Source: Haliotis cracherodii
Taxonomy: Eukaryota
DNA: 64,000 nucleotides
Assembly (NCBI RefSeq): GCF_022045235.1
Contig: NW_027266265.1
Span: forward strand, 25,296,001-25,360,000
Direction: 5' to 3'
Below the pieces are notes generated by a model. It was not told the origin of the DNA. It saw nothing but the letters and a program-made list of their open reading frames with translations, and ran no database searches. Both the position numbers and the translations under genes were made by a program. Below, piece by piece: positions 1 through 12,238 of the stretch (position 1 is the stretch's first letter; each line of letters starts with the position of its first letter).

Positions 1-530
1 AGTGACATTAAAGTTTCAAGACTTGGGTGACGAGGATTTATCCTTAATGGTGTACAATGACGCAAGTTTTGGCGGCAGTCAAGGAACTCACATTAAATTT
101 CTCGTCAGCACCATCAACGGTGAGGTTTCACCAAAATGCTGGAATTCCAAAAGGGTGAGAAGAATTGTGAGAAGTATAATAACAGCAGAAACATTAGAAA
201 TGACTGATAGCGTTGACAAATGTGTACCTGGCATCTTTGTACACAGAAATCTTATCTGGGCAAACCAAGCAAATCCTGCTTCCTCTCATCTGTGTGACAG
301 ATTGTAAATCGCTGTAAAACTATGACAACCTGAAATCTACTAAAATGGCGACAGAAAAGTGACTGAGAATGGAAATTAGTGCCATAAAGGAAGTTGAAAA
401 AATGGGAAAGGTGAAAGAAGTGAAGTTGGTTTGCACATGATAACAACTGGCTGATTGCCTTACAAAGAAAGGAGCCACACCTTTAAAGCTGCTTCAAGTG
501 CTTGAGACATGTGAGAAGGGATATCTGAAA
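1..530 (+). mobile_element. Ty1/copia (GalEa-like) LTR retrotransposon RNase H C-terminal remnant, frameshifted
   Basis: Translation across frames gives YNDASF..SQG..WNSKRVRRIVRSIITAETL and later QLADCLTKKGA, the copia-type RNase HI signature. A possible PPT+TG (ggggagttgttg) lies near 642-653. Confidence 0.75.
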
Positions 531-791
531 CTGTGAAATATTGACAAAGATGTTTTAAGACATCCAACTTTATACTTCTCTTCTAATGAAAACGAGCAAC
601 AGTAAAACGAGATGTGATCTTATGCTCGTTACTAGCTACTACGGGGAGTTGTTGTTAATTGGTCTGCAGCCATAACTGGTCACATGCCAATACCTATTTT
701 CAAGAAAATGGTCAAGTTTTTATCATGTTGAATTGTTGATGACTACTTAAAAACAAATATAAAAACAATGTTAGTTTTTATTATAACGTTA

Positions 792-792
<1 letters not shown>

Positions 793-828
<36 letters not shown>
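793..828. repeat. (ATT)n microsatellite
   Basis: Seen directly. Confidence 0.95.
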
Positions 829-2099
829 GTTACCATACAGACAAGGGAGACAAATTTAAAGATATGTTCGTATGTTGAACGACCCACCCCCTTCCTACCC
901 TCATCAATTTCCTTCTACTGCTATTCCATCAATTATTGTTTACACCCCGTCAACTACTGAAGCGTTTCGCCGTCTTGACATATATCCAGTTTGTAAATAG
1001 TGTTGATTCATTCACCAAGAACGTAACATGAGCCTTCTTGTCAATGCATTGCCGACATGCAACATATAAGACAAGCAGAAAAGTGACATTTCACATTGTT
1101 TTGTTCGTGACGGACCTGTACGCAATATCATTGTAACAGCGACAAATATGGCGGAACATCCGTGCAGGAAAGTCGTCGCTCTGAAATGATTGAACTTTTG
1201 CGAGAAATTTGAACTAATACTATACCATTATATACATGCAACGACCAATACACATAAACTATAGTGATCTGGGTTCATATATTACCAGCAAGTGCTTCGA
1301 ATAGAGCTTGGGCCATGTTTTTACTCAAACATTGAATGTCACATCTGCAGCGCCACCAAACGGTAAATTACAGTCAAAGGGCCAGAACTCTCAGTAATAT
1401 TTGGCAAACTCCATCCCAGCGCGTGACATCTTCGTAACTCACTCGGTTGAGAAGCGCTGGGAACAGACTTTCGCTGTAAGGAGCTTGGTTATTTGGGTGT
1501 CTCGCTCATGTGTTCAGTAAATAAGACGCGGTTATTAGAAACGCCTTGCATCTTGTTTTTACCAGTAATTAGCACTGAACAATATCTAACCCACAGAAGA
1601 CCGGCCTGTATGTGATTTGCGAGATATTCTGTACTTATGATGGATGTCCATATATTATTTAATGCGTTTTTTTAATTTAATCTGCATGTGATACAGATCT
1701 AGATCTACATCACCTTCTTTGCATTTGTTCTGTGTTTGTTAAATAAACGTAGGTTAAACCTTGAGCGTGCGCAGCATTTGTTGTGAAAGATGTTGCAAGT
1801 GCATGATGTCAACCCCAATTATGATGAAAAGCAAGTATAGAAAACCGGTCATTACATTGTACCAAGTATCTGTTTCCTACCCAAACAGGACCGACGCAGA
1901 CTGATGGCATTTATATAATTGATATGAGAACACCGTCCCTGGAATCCTGCATGGAGTACCATTGATCAGACGAGAGCCGTTTCTGTTGGTCATGGGAGAA
2001 CCCATGGGCGGAGACCTAGGAACACAGCCTATGGTGAAATAGGGTTTAAAATACCATTCAAGATTATTGCACTTATACAACGACGTACGTGCACGTGTG

Positions 2100-2205
2100 T
2101 GTTTATCCTTTTAATGTCGCCAGGCAGGGTAACCGCAAATATCATCTTGTTACGTCGTTTGATATAACGCGGTCGGGGATCGAACCGCCTCCCTTCCGGT
2201 CTCCA
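2100..2205 (-). mobile_element. Degenerate Meta-domain-type tRNA SINE fragment
   Basis: Aligns by eye to 61460-61565 (cagggtaac..atcatctt..acgtc..ggggatcgaacc). Confidence 0.6.
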
Positions 2206-2879
2206 CTTGATGACCGAAAATATATTCCAACAGCCTACATTTTATGTTCAAAGGATCCATTTGGGGGCTGACCCGCTCGCTCGCTGTTAGGAGTAATGGA
2301 CAACGGTATCTCTCAGAGAGAGAGATATCATGTTGATCTTGTTGTGTCTCTCTTTGGCAACCATTCTCTCTTTAGTAGATGATCTTTGTGGATGAAAACA
2401 CCCGACTACATAGCACACGTGCCACAATGGAATTCCTTTGTCAATACACTGCCCTAGCTGGCCTGCCGGTCCAAATGAAGCCTGTACGTACGTCTGGAAT
2501 ATTTTGAAATGACGGTGCTGCACCTTCATGAAGAATTGCACCAAGAATTGAACAGACGGCTCCAGCAACATATTTAACGTCTGATTCGGTGAATGAATAT
2601 GTAACTTCAGGTTGTTATCCTGGCTGCCGGTTACACACAGTACTTACTTTTGCTAATAACCTAGCATGATGCCTCACCCAAGTTTACCTGTTGGTGTGTT
2701 TCCCTTCCATGTGTCCGCCTATGCCCATAGCTGATAACTGAGAATGTTTTATCAATGCATGTCATATTTTTGCCCTGGGCGCAGGAACATTAAATTTGAA
2801 GTCGGTGACCTGCTGTTGTCTTCTTTGTGGTTTCAGCATCTCCTTAAAAATTAGCAGGGCTAACGGAGGCTAGTCAATG

Positions 2880-3780
2880 AGTATCGGAACTATTCTACCG
2901 CTATATAAGGGCAATAAGAATGACAAATAGTTCTTGGTAGTTTCAGGGGAATACTTCCAACATCAACGCTTGGAAAAAACATTTGAATGAATTCTACAGG
3001 ATAAAGTAGGAAGCTTCGTGAAATCAGTGAACCCTCCATTCCCACATAAGCTACTGGTAAAAGATCGTGGTGCAAATGTAGCTGTACATATCTGAAACGG
3101 GTCTCTACCTACTATATTAAGCTGGGATCAAACGTTGGCTTCGTGGACAATGAGAAAGCCTTCGATAGAATAGGGCACAATGGCTCACTGTTAATGTTAT
3201 TAACATAGGAGTACATGGTCGGGCGTGGCACTTATTTAGACACATATAAGGCAACGTCTTCTCGTTCACAAAAGTCCCGTTTTCCCACTCAGACAGGGAG
3301 TAGGACAAGGAGTGCTGTCAGCAGGGATCTTCCTTGTATACATCAATGATTTGATCAAACGCTTAGAACATTCTAAATGGCATTGTGTATTCATAGCTTT
3401 CGGCCATGGGAGCCGTGCCAATTTACACTTGTCAGGGGGGTACTCAAAGTATGTGATCTAGACTACCAGTTGTCGGACTTCCATTTTTGTGGAAGCCTCG
3501 GTGGCTGAGTGGGTTAGATCGCTGACTTTGTGTGCTGGCGATTAGGTGCCTCAGCCTGGCAGGTGTGGGTTCGAATCCCGGACGGGACTCAACCCAAAAA
3601 AGTACTAGAATCTGTACTTTACTAAGAAAGTGTTATCCCAAATATAACATTAGTTACATTTGACCACTTTCTAAATGGCATTGTGTATTCAAACGCTTAG
3701 ATAACCTCAACCTAGGTCTGAAGAGTGAACAGAATCATGTACCCTCTGTAGTGCTAGCCAACAACACAACACTGATCAGC
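2880..3780 (+). mobile_element. LINE reverse-transcriptase remnant, interrupted by an insertion at 3368-3688
   Basis: Motifs IGTILPLYKG, FVDNEKAFDRI, QGVGQGVLS..VYINDLIKRL and VLANNTTLIS, matching the LINE at 5751-10110. Many stops and frameshifts. Confidence 0.75.
3368..3688 (+). mobile_element. Short insertion with an internal tRNA-like Pol III unit, 13-bp TSD and 20-bp terminal direct repeats
   Basis: TSD tcaaacgcttaga at 3355-3367 and 3689-3701. A-box tggctgagtgg (~3502) and B-box ggttcgaatcc (~3568). Confidence 0.65.
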
Positions 3781-3989
3781 ACACACCAGTTATGTCCTAC
3801 ACTGTTCTCTCGATGTGGACAATATCTCATCTCAAGATGCTTAGCAGACATGGCGTCATTACTCGCATCGCATATATATGAGCAGACTTGGCCCACATAC
3901 ATTGTCACCATCTGCAGTAACCTTCACTTACCATGGCGCTACAGAGACCAAACCTAATGGCCAGCTTTGCTCGTATTCCCCCTGCATCG

Positions 3990-4640
3990 TTTCCAACAAT
4001 CTCAGCTGGTCCTGATTTTTACCCCTTTCCAGCATACCACTGTGGCGAGCCGGATAATAAAACAAAACTGTTGACCATCCTATCCTACAGCCGTGATCCT
4101 ACTACCGTACTTAGATTTACAGCATAGATCCGCAAATGCAGAACTGGCGGATTGTAAGTTAGTATGCATATCACAATCAAACAAGAATCATGTCTGCAAC
4201 GACCAGTGGTGAGATACGAACAGAAGAACATTAACACTCCACAATTTCGTAAAACTCCATTGATTGCGATAGTGCTGCCGTTTAACTTAAAGACGAATAC
4301 GTTTTAGTAAATACGTTGATGGAAATGATTCACGGATACGTTTCCATTACAGTGATGCCAATTGTACGGGATTCGATGGCTTTTGTGTTCAGTTTGGTGG
4401 AAGGTGTCCAGTGGACGGTGGTCAAAGACTGACATGGAGATGAGCTCCACATGGCGTGAGCTCAAGGCAGTCTTTTTTATGATATTGAAGAACCCCGAAG
4501 TTTCCAGCTTCCCACTCCGTTTAGTGGTTTACAGATAACCAGAATATAGTTCTGTTGTACACAGAGGCATGTTGTTCCGATCATGGCTCTTGGTATTTAC
4601 CTCACAGTGTACAACTGGAAGTTGAGTGGATTCCTCGTGT
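3990..4640 (+). mobile_element. DIRS/Ngaro-type (tyrosine-recombinase) retrotransposon remnant: possible gag knuckle plus RNase H
   Basis: YSDA..TGF.G at 4348, MSSTWRELKAV, WFTDNQN and LEVEWIPR are DIRS/Ngaro RNase H motifs. YHCGEP near 4035 resembles part of a zinc knuckle. Confidence 0.7.
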
Positions 4641-4929
4641 ATACGGCTAGTGCCTGGCCTATGATTTGTCCTGTGATGTGATTTATGTTGTTACTTATGC
4701 CACGTACTGTCCTAAGTATAGTTCGGGAAGTAATGGCGTAACAAGGTCACAGACTGACCATATGGGATCGAACATAAGTCTTATTGTATGTAGAGTCTTT
4801 TTTAGCGGACACTGGTAGGCGTCGACCAAGAGTGTGACGGGGGTCCGGGGATCGTGGGTCCCGAGTCCCGTGAGTCGACTGCCAGTACAAACATTGTAAA
4901 ATACCCAGCATCACCTCGCTCCACTGTAC

Positions 4930-5749
4930 TGCAGTCATACTTGGATGCAAGAAACCTGATACCATCGTACAACTGTGGTGTCATTCAAGGTCATTTCAAG
5001 ACAGGGTGCAACAAGGCTGGAACACAGTCATCTCTGATTGATTATATATTCCTGCCAGATGCTCTTCAATCATCTGTGCTGACGATCTCTGTCAATAACA
5101 ACATCGATTTCGAGATGTCGGATCATTCACCAGTGGTGATATCATTCCTTAGTGATGCGTTCGTAACAGAGCAAAAGCTTTGGACTCCCCCAACTTACAA
5201 ATGGCGAATGGCATTGAACTGAAGATGTACTCATCTGAAGTTAACAAAATACTTGGTGACTACCTTCCAGACGTGACACATGCTTACAGCGTTATGGTGG
5301 AATATCATTTTGATGCTATAGTGAGCTCCCTAAGGGAAGTTGTTCTCAGAGCTGGAGGATTGAGCCCAGTATCTTCATCGAGTATCTGGCTACGAGTAAT
5401 CTTCCCCTCTGCTTCTATGCATGTGAGCTCTGGCCTAATATCAACAACCGTGAGATCAGTGAGATGGAAACCCTACAGCGCTACTTTGCACGACGAGTCC
5501 AAAACCTTCACAGGAGATCCTCTACAGCTGCTACAACCCAGGTTCTAGGATTATGGTCAATGCTGGGCAAGGTGGAGAAAATGAAGCTTTTCTTTCTGGA
5601 ACGACTCTGTAGAGCAGCAGGCACAACCATTGTGAAGCCGATTTTCTATCTCAGATTATCCCAGTTTGTCACCACTCTCTCACACAGTGTCAGATCCATG
5701 ACACATGATCTAATGAATGTGGCTCAAAAGTATGGATTCTCGGGCGTCT

Positions 5750-5750
<1 letters not shown>
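4930..5750 (+). mobile_element. Internally deleted LINE, 5' portion (APE endonuclease C-terminus fused to post-RT region)
   Basis: SLIDYIF..SDHSPV then METLQRYFARRVQNL..LGLWS..LFFLERLC, homologous to IIQRYFCKKIQGL..LGLIS..LLFLGRLC of ORF 6181-7230. Confidence 0.75.
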
Positions 5751-5790
<40 letters not shown>

Positions 5791-8700
5791 CCTTTTTATT
5801 TCCTCCAGTTGATGAAGATACATTGATATGAGATATAAATGTATATATATAACAGCTGATATATTGTATGTACAGACAGTTTCACATCGTTATCAAATAA
5901 TGTTTCTTAGTAGGTTTTTCCACAATTTAACAGTTTTACATACACGAAGCATTATATTTGCCCATAGATTGTATTCAATTGCCATAGTACTTTCTGTTGG
6001 CAGACCGCCATGTAAAAAGGACACAAAGGTATCGTCATCATCGTTCTAGATACTAGAAAAAGTTGTCACATCTAGTAAATCAATAATAGACTCATCAAGA
6101 ATATTTCTTTGTTGTTGAGTCTTTTTACAATACATAAACACATGTTTGATAATATCAAAAGCAAATGTGCCGCATAAACATTAATCAGATTGTATACTGT
6201 CGGTGCTAAGGCATAATAAATATGCTAAATCATAGAAGTGTCCCGGCCTTTCAATTTTTAGTAACCAAAGTCTGTGTACCTTAGGTGATCGTATAAGAGA
6301 GTATCGTTTTAGGTTTTCTCTTGAATGAATCTCTGCATGAATTACGTTATGGTCATATACGCTTATTTGTTCTTTAACTCGACTCGCCCATGCATGTTTT
6401 GAGGGGAAATGAGAATAAATGGTATATGTGTTCATGTTATTATTGAGTTCATACTTGTTTACAAGTGAAAGCATGTGGTATACGGGTGACATTTTACATT
6501 TATCGCCTTTTTCTTTAATTGTATCGAGTTCATACTGAACAAGTCTGTGCTGAAATAGTCTTTTAAATGCAAAGTTAATGTCACTATTACATAGTCTTCC
6601 CAGAAATAAGAGAGCTCGTTGATCAATGTACGCCTGGAGAGAAATTAAACCCAGACAATCTCTGGTGACGACGGAAAGAGTGCGTCTAGACAGTCCTTGA
6701 ATCTTTTTACAAAAATAACGTTGAATAATTTCAAGCATTTCGTGTTCCTTCGGTGACAGTTTACCCCATACACTACAAGCAAATAGTCCACATGGTAAAA
6801 TTACCCTTTCCCATATACCAACAGCTGGGATAGGATTTAAGCCACCAAAGTATAGTCCATGATTATAATTTATATTGACTAACATTCTGAGTTTTTCACA
6901 TATTAGATGGGTACGTTCTAAGGTTTTCTTTGATGTACGTAGAAGCAATCCAGCATCAGTTACATTTTCCTTTTTAGGAAGTACTTGTGAACCAATGTAG
7001 ACACATTGACAGACAGATTTGCGAATATTCCCAAACAGTAGAAATGCACTTTTACTGGCATTATATTTCAAATGCCATCTATTAGCATAGGTGTATATAT
7101 TATTCAGTAGACATTGCAGTCCGTCAGGGGAGCTGCTCAACAGCGTAGTATCGTCTGCTAATAGGATGCCGGGTGTATTACCCCATGGAAGACACAAGCC
7201 ACGCCCTAAAGCATCAAGTGAATACAACAAGTCGTTAATATATAGAGTAAAAAAACATGCCGATTAAACGCGACCTTGACCAACACCTTGCTTAACATGA
7301 AACACATTTGAGGTAAAACCTCCAATGCTTACACATGACTGCATTGAGGTATATTTTGTGCGTAAAAGTCGCCATAATTTTCCATTAATACCAAAGTTAT
7401 ACAGTTTGAAGAAAAGACCATTAAGCCAGACTGTCAAAAGCTTTCTCGTTGTCGAGAAAAGCGCAGTAAACTGGAGACTGTCTTTCGTTATAATAAGCTA
7501 TGCTTTCCATTAATGTAAACAGGGCAGTTTCTGCCCTAGCCCCTCTCCTAAATCCAAATTGAAAGGGATGGGGGAAGCCTTTAGATTTGTTTGCCCACTC
7601 TTCATTTCTATTCAGCAGAAGTCTTTCGAACAGTTTACTTAATACTGGAGTGAGGGTAATACCTCTGTAGTTAGTGGGGTCGTCTTTACGTTTACCATGG
7701 CCTTTATGGATAGGTAAAATCTTTCCAACGTTAAACATTTTGGGTACATATTCACGAGAAACAATTTTATTATAGAATATAACAAGGTGATGGATAATAG
7801 ATCTACCAGAGTATTTGATATGTTCATTAACTATGCCATCGGGACCAGGCGATTTTCCACTTTTTAGACGTTTTATAGTTGCCAATAACTCATCAGATGT
7901 GAAAGGACAAATCAACGTGGAACTAACGTCACTGTTCCCTTGGTCATTATACGAGTCATTTTCAATCTGTTCCATGCGAATATTCACATAATCAGTCAAA
8001 TCTGAGTCAAAATTGATATCATGATTTGGCATTGATAAATCTTTGAAATATTTGGAAAACAGATTACAAATTCCTTCCTGTGTATTACAGGACTCTTCAT
8101 TATACACAAACGTCTGGATTTGTTCCTTCTTTCTTTTATATTTCTTGTTATATCAACCTCAGCTGCTTCATATATTTCCTGAAACTTTTCGTCTTTCAGT
8201 TTTTGTTTGGAACGGCGATGCTGCTTCCTAAAGATACGTTTTGCTGTTATATACTCAATGTAATTTGCATCCTCTTTATCATGAGATTTACCATTATAGA
8301 TCCATTCACTACGGCGTTGTCGCATTGTACGATGCAACGTATTTAAATTATCTTTTTTCCAGTATGGTTTTAAATGAGATTGGAATTTTGAAGATGGTAT
8401 ACTTAGTTTAGCTGCAGCATGTAACGCTTGTAGGATATAGTCGTGATAACTTTCAATGTATTCATGAGGAGATGCGTACTGAGTTTCGTCAAACTGAGCA
8501 CATCTAAAATAGTTTTCAGTTTCATATCGGTATAACATAAAGTCTACGTCATTAGCTTTACGCCAGTTAAGATGTTCACCGCCATTAGGGCGTGGCGGGG
8601 AATAAGTACTCAGACATAGGAATATCGGACAATGGTCTGATACTGAGTATTGAACACCAGTTTCTAAAGTATAACCAACAACGTTACTAACATGTTGGAG

Positions 8701-10110
8701 ATTAGTGAACACATAATCTATCATACTTCTTATAGTTTTACATTTTTACTTGTGAAGGTAAAAAAGGCATTATCGTCAAGGGGTACGACAGAGATTAGAT
8801 TCCGTTCAGTGAGCACTCTTTGCAGATATTTCGCTCTGCAGTACATTATTAAGTTCTTCTATGTATACACTATCTAATACGTTAGATGAGGGAAGGCGAG
8901 CACCAATTATATACATAAGGCATTTATTAATGAAGAGTTTAGCCCCAATGATATGCTCGCTTGAAGGTATACTGATTGCTGACGACCTCCGACATGTACT
9001 TTTACGAATAAATATGGCTATACCCCCTGCGCCTCTTTGAGATAAGTGGTCATGCTGACATTTAACATAGACGTTAAAGTCATCATCCAAGTCATAGAGT
9101 AGATATTCACGTGTGTCGTCCAGCCAGTGTTCGGTAATAACCAAAATGTCACAGCTCATTAGTTTTGAGCGAATTTCATCTAAGCAATTCAATGCCCCAC
9201 GCACATTCCACGTAATCATGCGAAGGATTGCCATTAGAACAAGTATATATGTCGCAAGTCTAAAATTGTTCATCAACATTATTAATGTTCAGCCTTATCG
9301 TCATTGTACCACACATTATTCGGTAGCCACTCACGACAGTTAACGTTTTCGGGCCAGAAGCAGTCATCATCCAAGATGATATCTGCACATTGATGTGGGA
9401 CAGTTATTCGAATGGTGAAGGCAGGATTGCGTCGCCCTTCCCAGTGTTTCATGAGTCTCACATTTGTGATAGTTACATCACGATTCTTAGCATAGTCACA
9501 TATAGCGTCTTTAACAACGTCAAATGGTTCGTCAGCTCTGACATAGCTTATGACCAGTCTTTTGTTTCTATTTCTATAGACACCGGCAAAAGACTTTTCC
9601 CACTGATTGTTGAATGTAACATTTCTTGACTCCTTTACATTGTTTACAGGTTTAGTTTGCTTTTGTCTGTCGACGCCATCATGCTTGACAATGAGCGGCT
9701 CGGGGGAAGTGTCTTTACTGCCTGCATTGTCATGAGTCTGAGGTCTGAATGGGAGGCTTGGGAATTGACGAGAGTCTATACTCGTGTAATCGGTCCTTTG
9801 AATAGGGGGGGAAATAGGTCTGTTGGAATTTGGGCTTCCCTTCGTAACAGTCTCCGAATATAAGAGTTTGTTTCTCGTGTTCATGCAATCTATTTTTCCA
9901 TCGACAACGCGCACATTCTTGTCAATAGATATAATTGTTTCTTTCACATTTCCTCTCAATTCAAGTAATTCAGTCTCTTTCTGTTTGAGTTGACTACGTA
10001 ATTGAATTACATCCGTCTTCATTGACAGTTCATTTGAACGAAGTGTACTTTGTAACAACGCCCAGACATGCAGAGATTTATTGCTATCCACACCCGCCTT
10101 GCCCCACATC
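5751..10110 (-). mobile_element. Near-full-length APE-type LINE (5'-truncated in ORF1; ORF2 EN-RT-CCHC with frameshifts); clade uncertain (RTE-X or CR1 group)
   Basis: ORF1 9282-10109. EN motifs TWNVRG, EHWL, GGIAIF, DYVF, SDHCPI. RT motifs KSPGPDGI, YRGITL, QFGFR, DNEKAFD, GVGQG, LADDTTL. 3' end is GGAGGAAATAAAAAGG followed by (ATCT)10 at 5751-5790. Confidence 0.92.
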
Positions 10111-10600
10111 GTCTCTGGTCTCTGTGTGTATGTTATGCTATTGCTATTATTATCACATCTGTAACATTGTTAAGCATCAATTGCTTTACTGTGATGGCCT
10201 AATGAAACAGAAGCATGTGCATAGTGAGTCTCTATTTGACAATGTTAGCCTTGACACCTATCTCAGACTTGAGGACACGTCTAGTGATGACGTCAAGGTC
10301 AAGATTCTGACATACCTCGGTTCCATTAGAGATGTGGTCCAGGACATGACACGTGACAGCTGGGCTACATTCATGAGTATCGTGGCTAAACATGTCAGCT
10401 CATAGAACTTAACATCCATCTTGTATGTGTGAAGCTATGTCACACAGCATGTAAATACAGTTTCACGCATCACTTCCTTACTGCTTACCCAGTTCAGTCT
10501 CTTGTATTTATATGTATTTTGTCATTGCCGCTGTCAAATAATGTAATATAATTGTATGTACTACTCTCCAAAACACCGGGGGAAATAAAGAGTATTCATA
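10110..10600 (+). mobile_element. 3' portion of the plus-strand host LINE (C-terminal Cys/His region and 3'UTR)
   Basis: CMLC..IVKHQLLYC..W..stop at 10405 mirrors the C-terminus of the minus LINE (CLCG..IIKHVFMYC). Ends in gggggaaataaagag. Confidence 0.65.
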
Positions 10601-10602
10601 CA

Positions 10603-11620
10603 ATGGTTCGAGTGAACTGACGTGTACAGTGTCTACACATCCCAAGGTTCGAGTGAACTGACGTGTACAGTGTCTACACACCCCAAGGTTTGAGTGAAAT
10701 GGCGTGTACAGTGTCTACACAGCATCGTGTTCGAGTGAACTGACGTGTACAGTGTCTACACACCCCAAGGTTTGAGTGAAATGGCGTGTACAGTGTCTAC
10801 ACAGCATCGTGTTCGAGTGAACTGACGTGTACAGTGTCTACACACCCCAAGGTTTGAGTGAAATGGCGTGTACAGTGTTTACACAGCAACATGTTCAATG
10901 TGAACTGACGTGTACAGTGTCTACATATCCCAAGGTTCGAGTGAACTGACGTGTACAGTGTCTACACACCCCAAGGTTCGAGTGAACTGACGTGTACAGT
11001 GTCTACAAACGCCAAGGTTCGAGTGAACTGACGTGTACAGTGTCTACATATCCCAAGGTTCGAGTGAACTGACGTGTACAGTGTCTACACACCCCAAGGT
11101 TCGAGTGAAATGGCGTGTACAGTGTTTACACAGCAACATGTTCAATGTGAACTGACGTGTATAGTGTCTACACGGCAACGTGTCGGAGTCAACTGACGTG
11201 TACAGTGTCTACACGGCAACGTGTCGGAGTCAACTGACGTGTACAGTGACTACACAGCATCGTGTTCGAGTGAATTGACGTGTACAGTGTCTACACGGCA
11301 ACGTTCCGGAGTCAACTGACGTGTACATTGTCTACACTGCAACGTGTTCGCAACAATTGGCGTGTAGAGTGTTTACACAGCAACGTGTCGGTGTCAACTG
11401 ACGTGCAGTGTCTACACATCCAAAGGCTCGATTCAGCTGACGTGTACAGTGTCTACACGGCAACGTTCCGGAGTCAACTGACGTGTACAGTGACTACACA
11501 GCATCGTGTTCGAGTCAACTGACGTGTACAGTGTCTACACAGCAACATATTCGAGTCAGCTGACATGTAGAGTGTCTACATATCCAAAGGTTCGGTCAAC
11601 TGACGTGTACAGTGTATAAA
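10603..11620. repeat. 40-bp minisatellite (gagtgaactgacgtgtacagtgtctacacaccccaaggttc-like), ~25 copies
   Basis: Tandem periodicity seen directly. Confidence 0.95.
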
Positions 11621-11836
11621 GTGTAAATACTGCCCATCAGCCACGTGTCTAGCAGCCGTACTGTTGAGTGTTTCCTATATTATGAAAACACCCTTTCATA
11701 AATGATTACACATTTTCGGATTTTGTTGCTATCAATTTAATGAACATTCAAGAAATCTATAGTTTGTCGGAAAGCAAGTAAAATAAATGCACATCACCCA
11801 AAGAGTCACATGGTTGAAGCAACACATGCAGTGCTT

Positions 11837-11842
11837 TTTATT
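11837..11842 (-). promoter_or_regulatory. Candidate polyadenylation signal AATAAA of the calbindin gene
   Basis: First minus-strand AATAAA noticed, ~230 nt after the stop codon. Positional evidence only. Confidence 0.35.
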
Positions 11843-12073
11843 GATAGACGTTCAGTATGGGAGGAATTCGTGTAGAGAAACCCACGCCACGTCACAGTGT
11901 TTGTGTGGAGGTATGCACATTATCCAAGTTTGAGGTTCGTGTCTCCCATACCGGACTCCAGGCCAGACGTGCAGCACAGACACACGTTCTGCTGTCACAT
12001 TGAACTAGGATTATAAACAGGTGCATGTTGCATGGAAGAGCTGTTATAATGAAGGCCATTGTCGACCGGCTGG

Positions 12074-12238
12074 TCAGTTTGGATCCTGGGTAAGGGCGGC
12101 CGCCAGTCCTTTAGGGCACTCTTCTTGTCTGTTCATCAGGACAACTGTCAGTTCCTCCTTGTTGATTTTGCCCTCCTTGTTTTCACAGGAGAATAACAGT
12201 AAGTCTTTCAAGTCAGCCAAATCCTCCGCGTCGTAATC
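12074..12238 (-). CDS. Cbp53E: Calbindin exon 11 (DYDAEDL...EF6...QDPN*)
   Basis: Acceptor caag|GAT, ends in TGA. Confidence 0.88.
   Translation of the reverse strand, partial: DYDAEDLADLKDLLLFSCENKEGKINKEELTVVLMNRQEECPKGLAAALTQDPN

Noticed and set aside
3495-3590. Possible real tRNA gene (also the SINE heads at 13540, 37733, 38707, 43601 and 61603)
   Set aside because: The stems pair poorly, there is no oligo-T terminator, and each is embedded in a TSD-flanked or repeated element.
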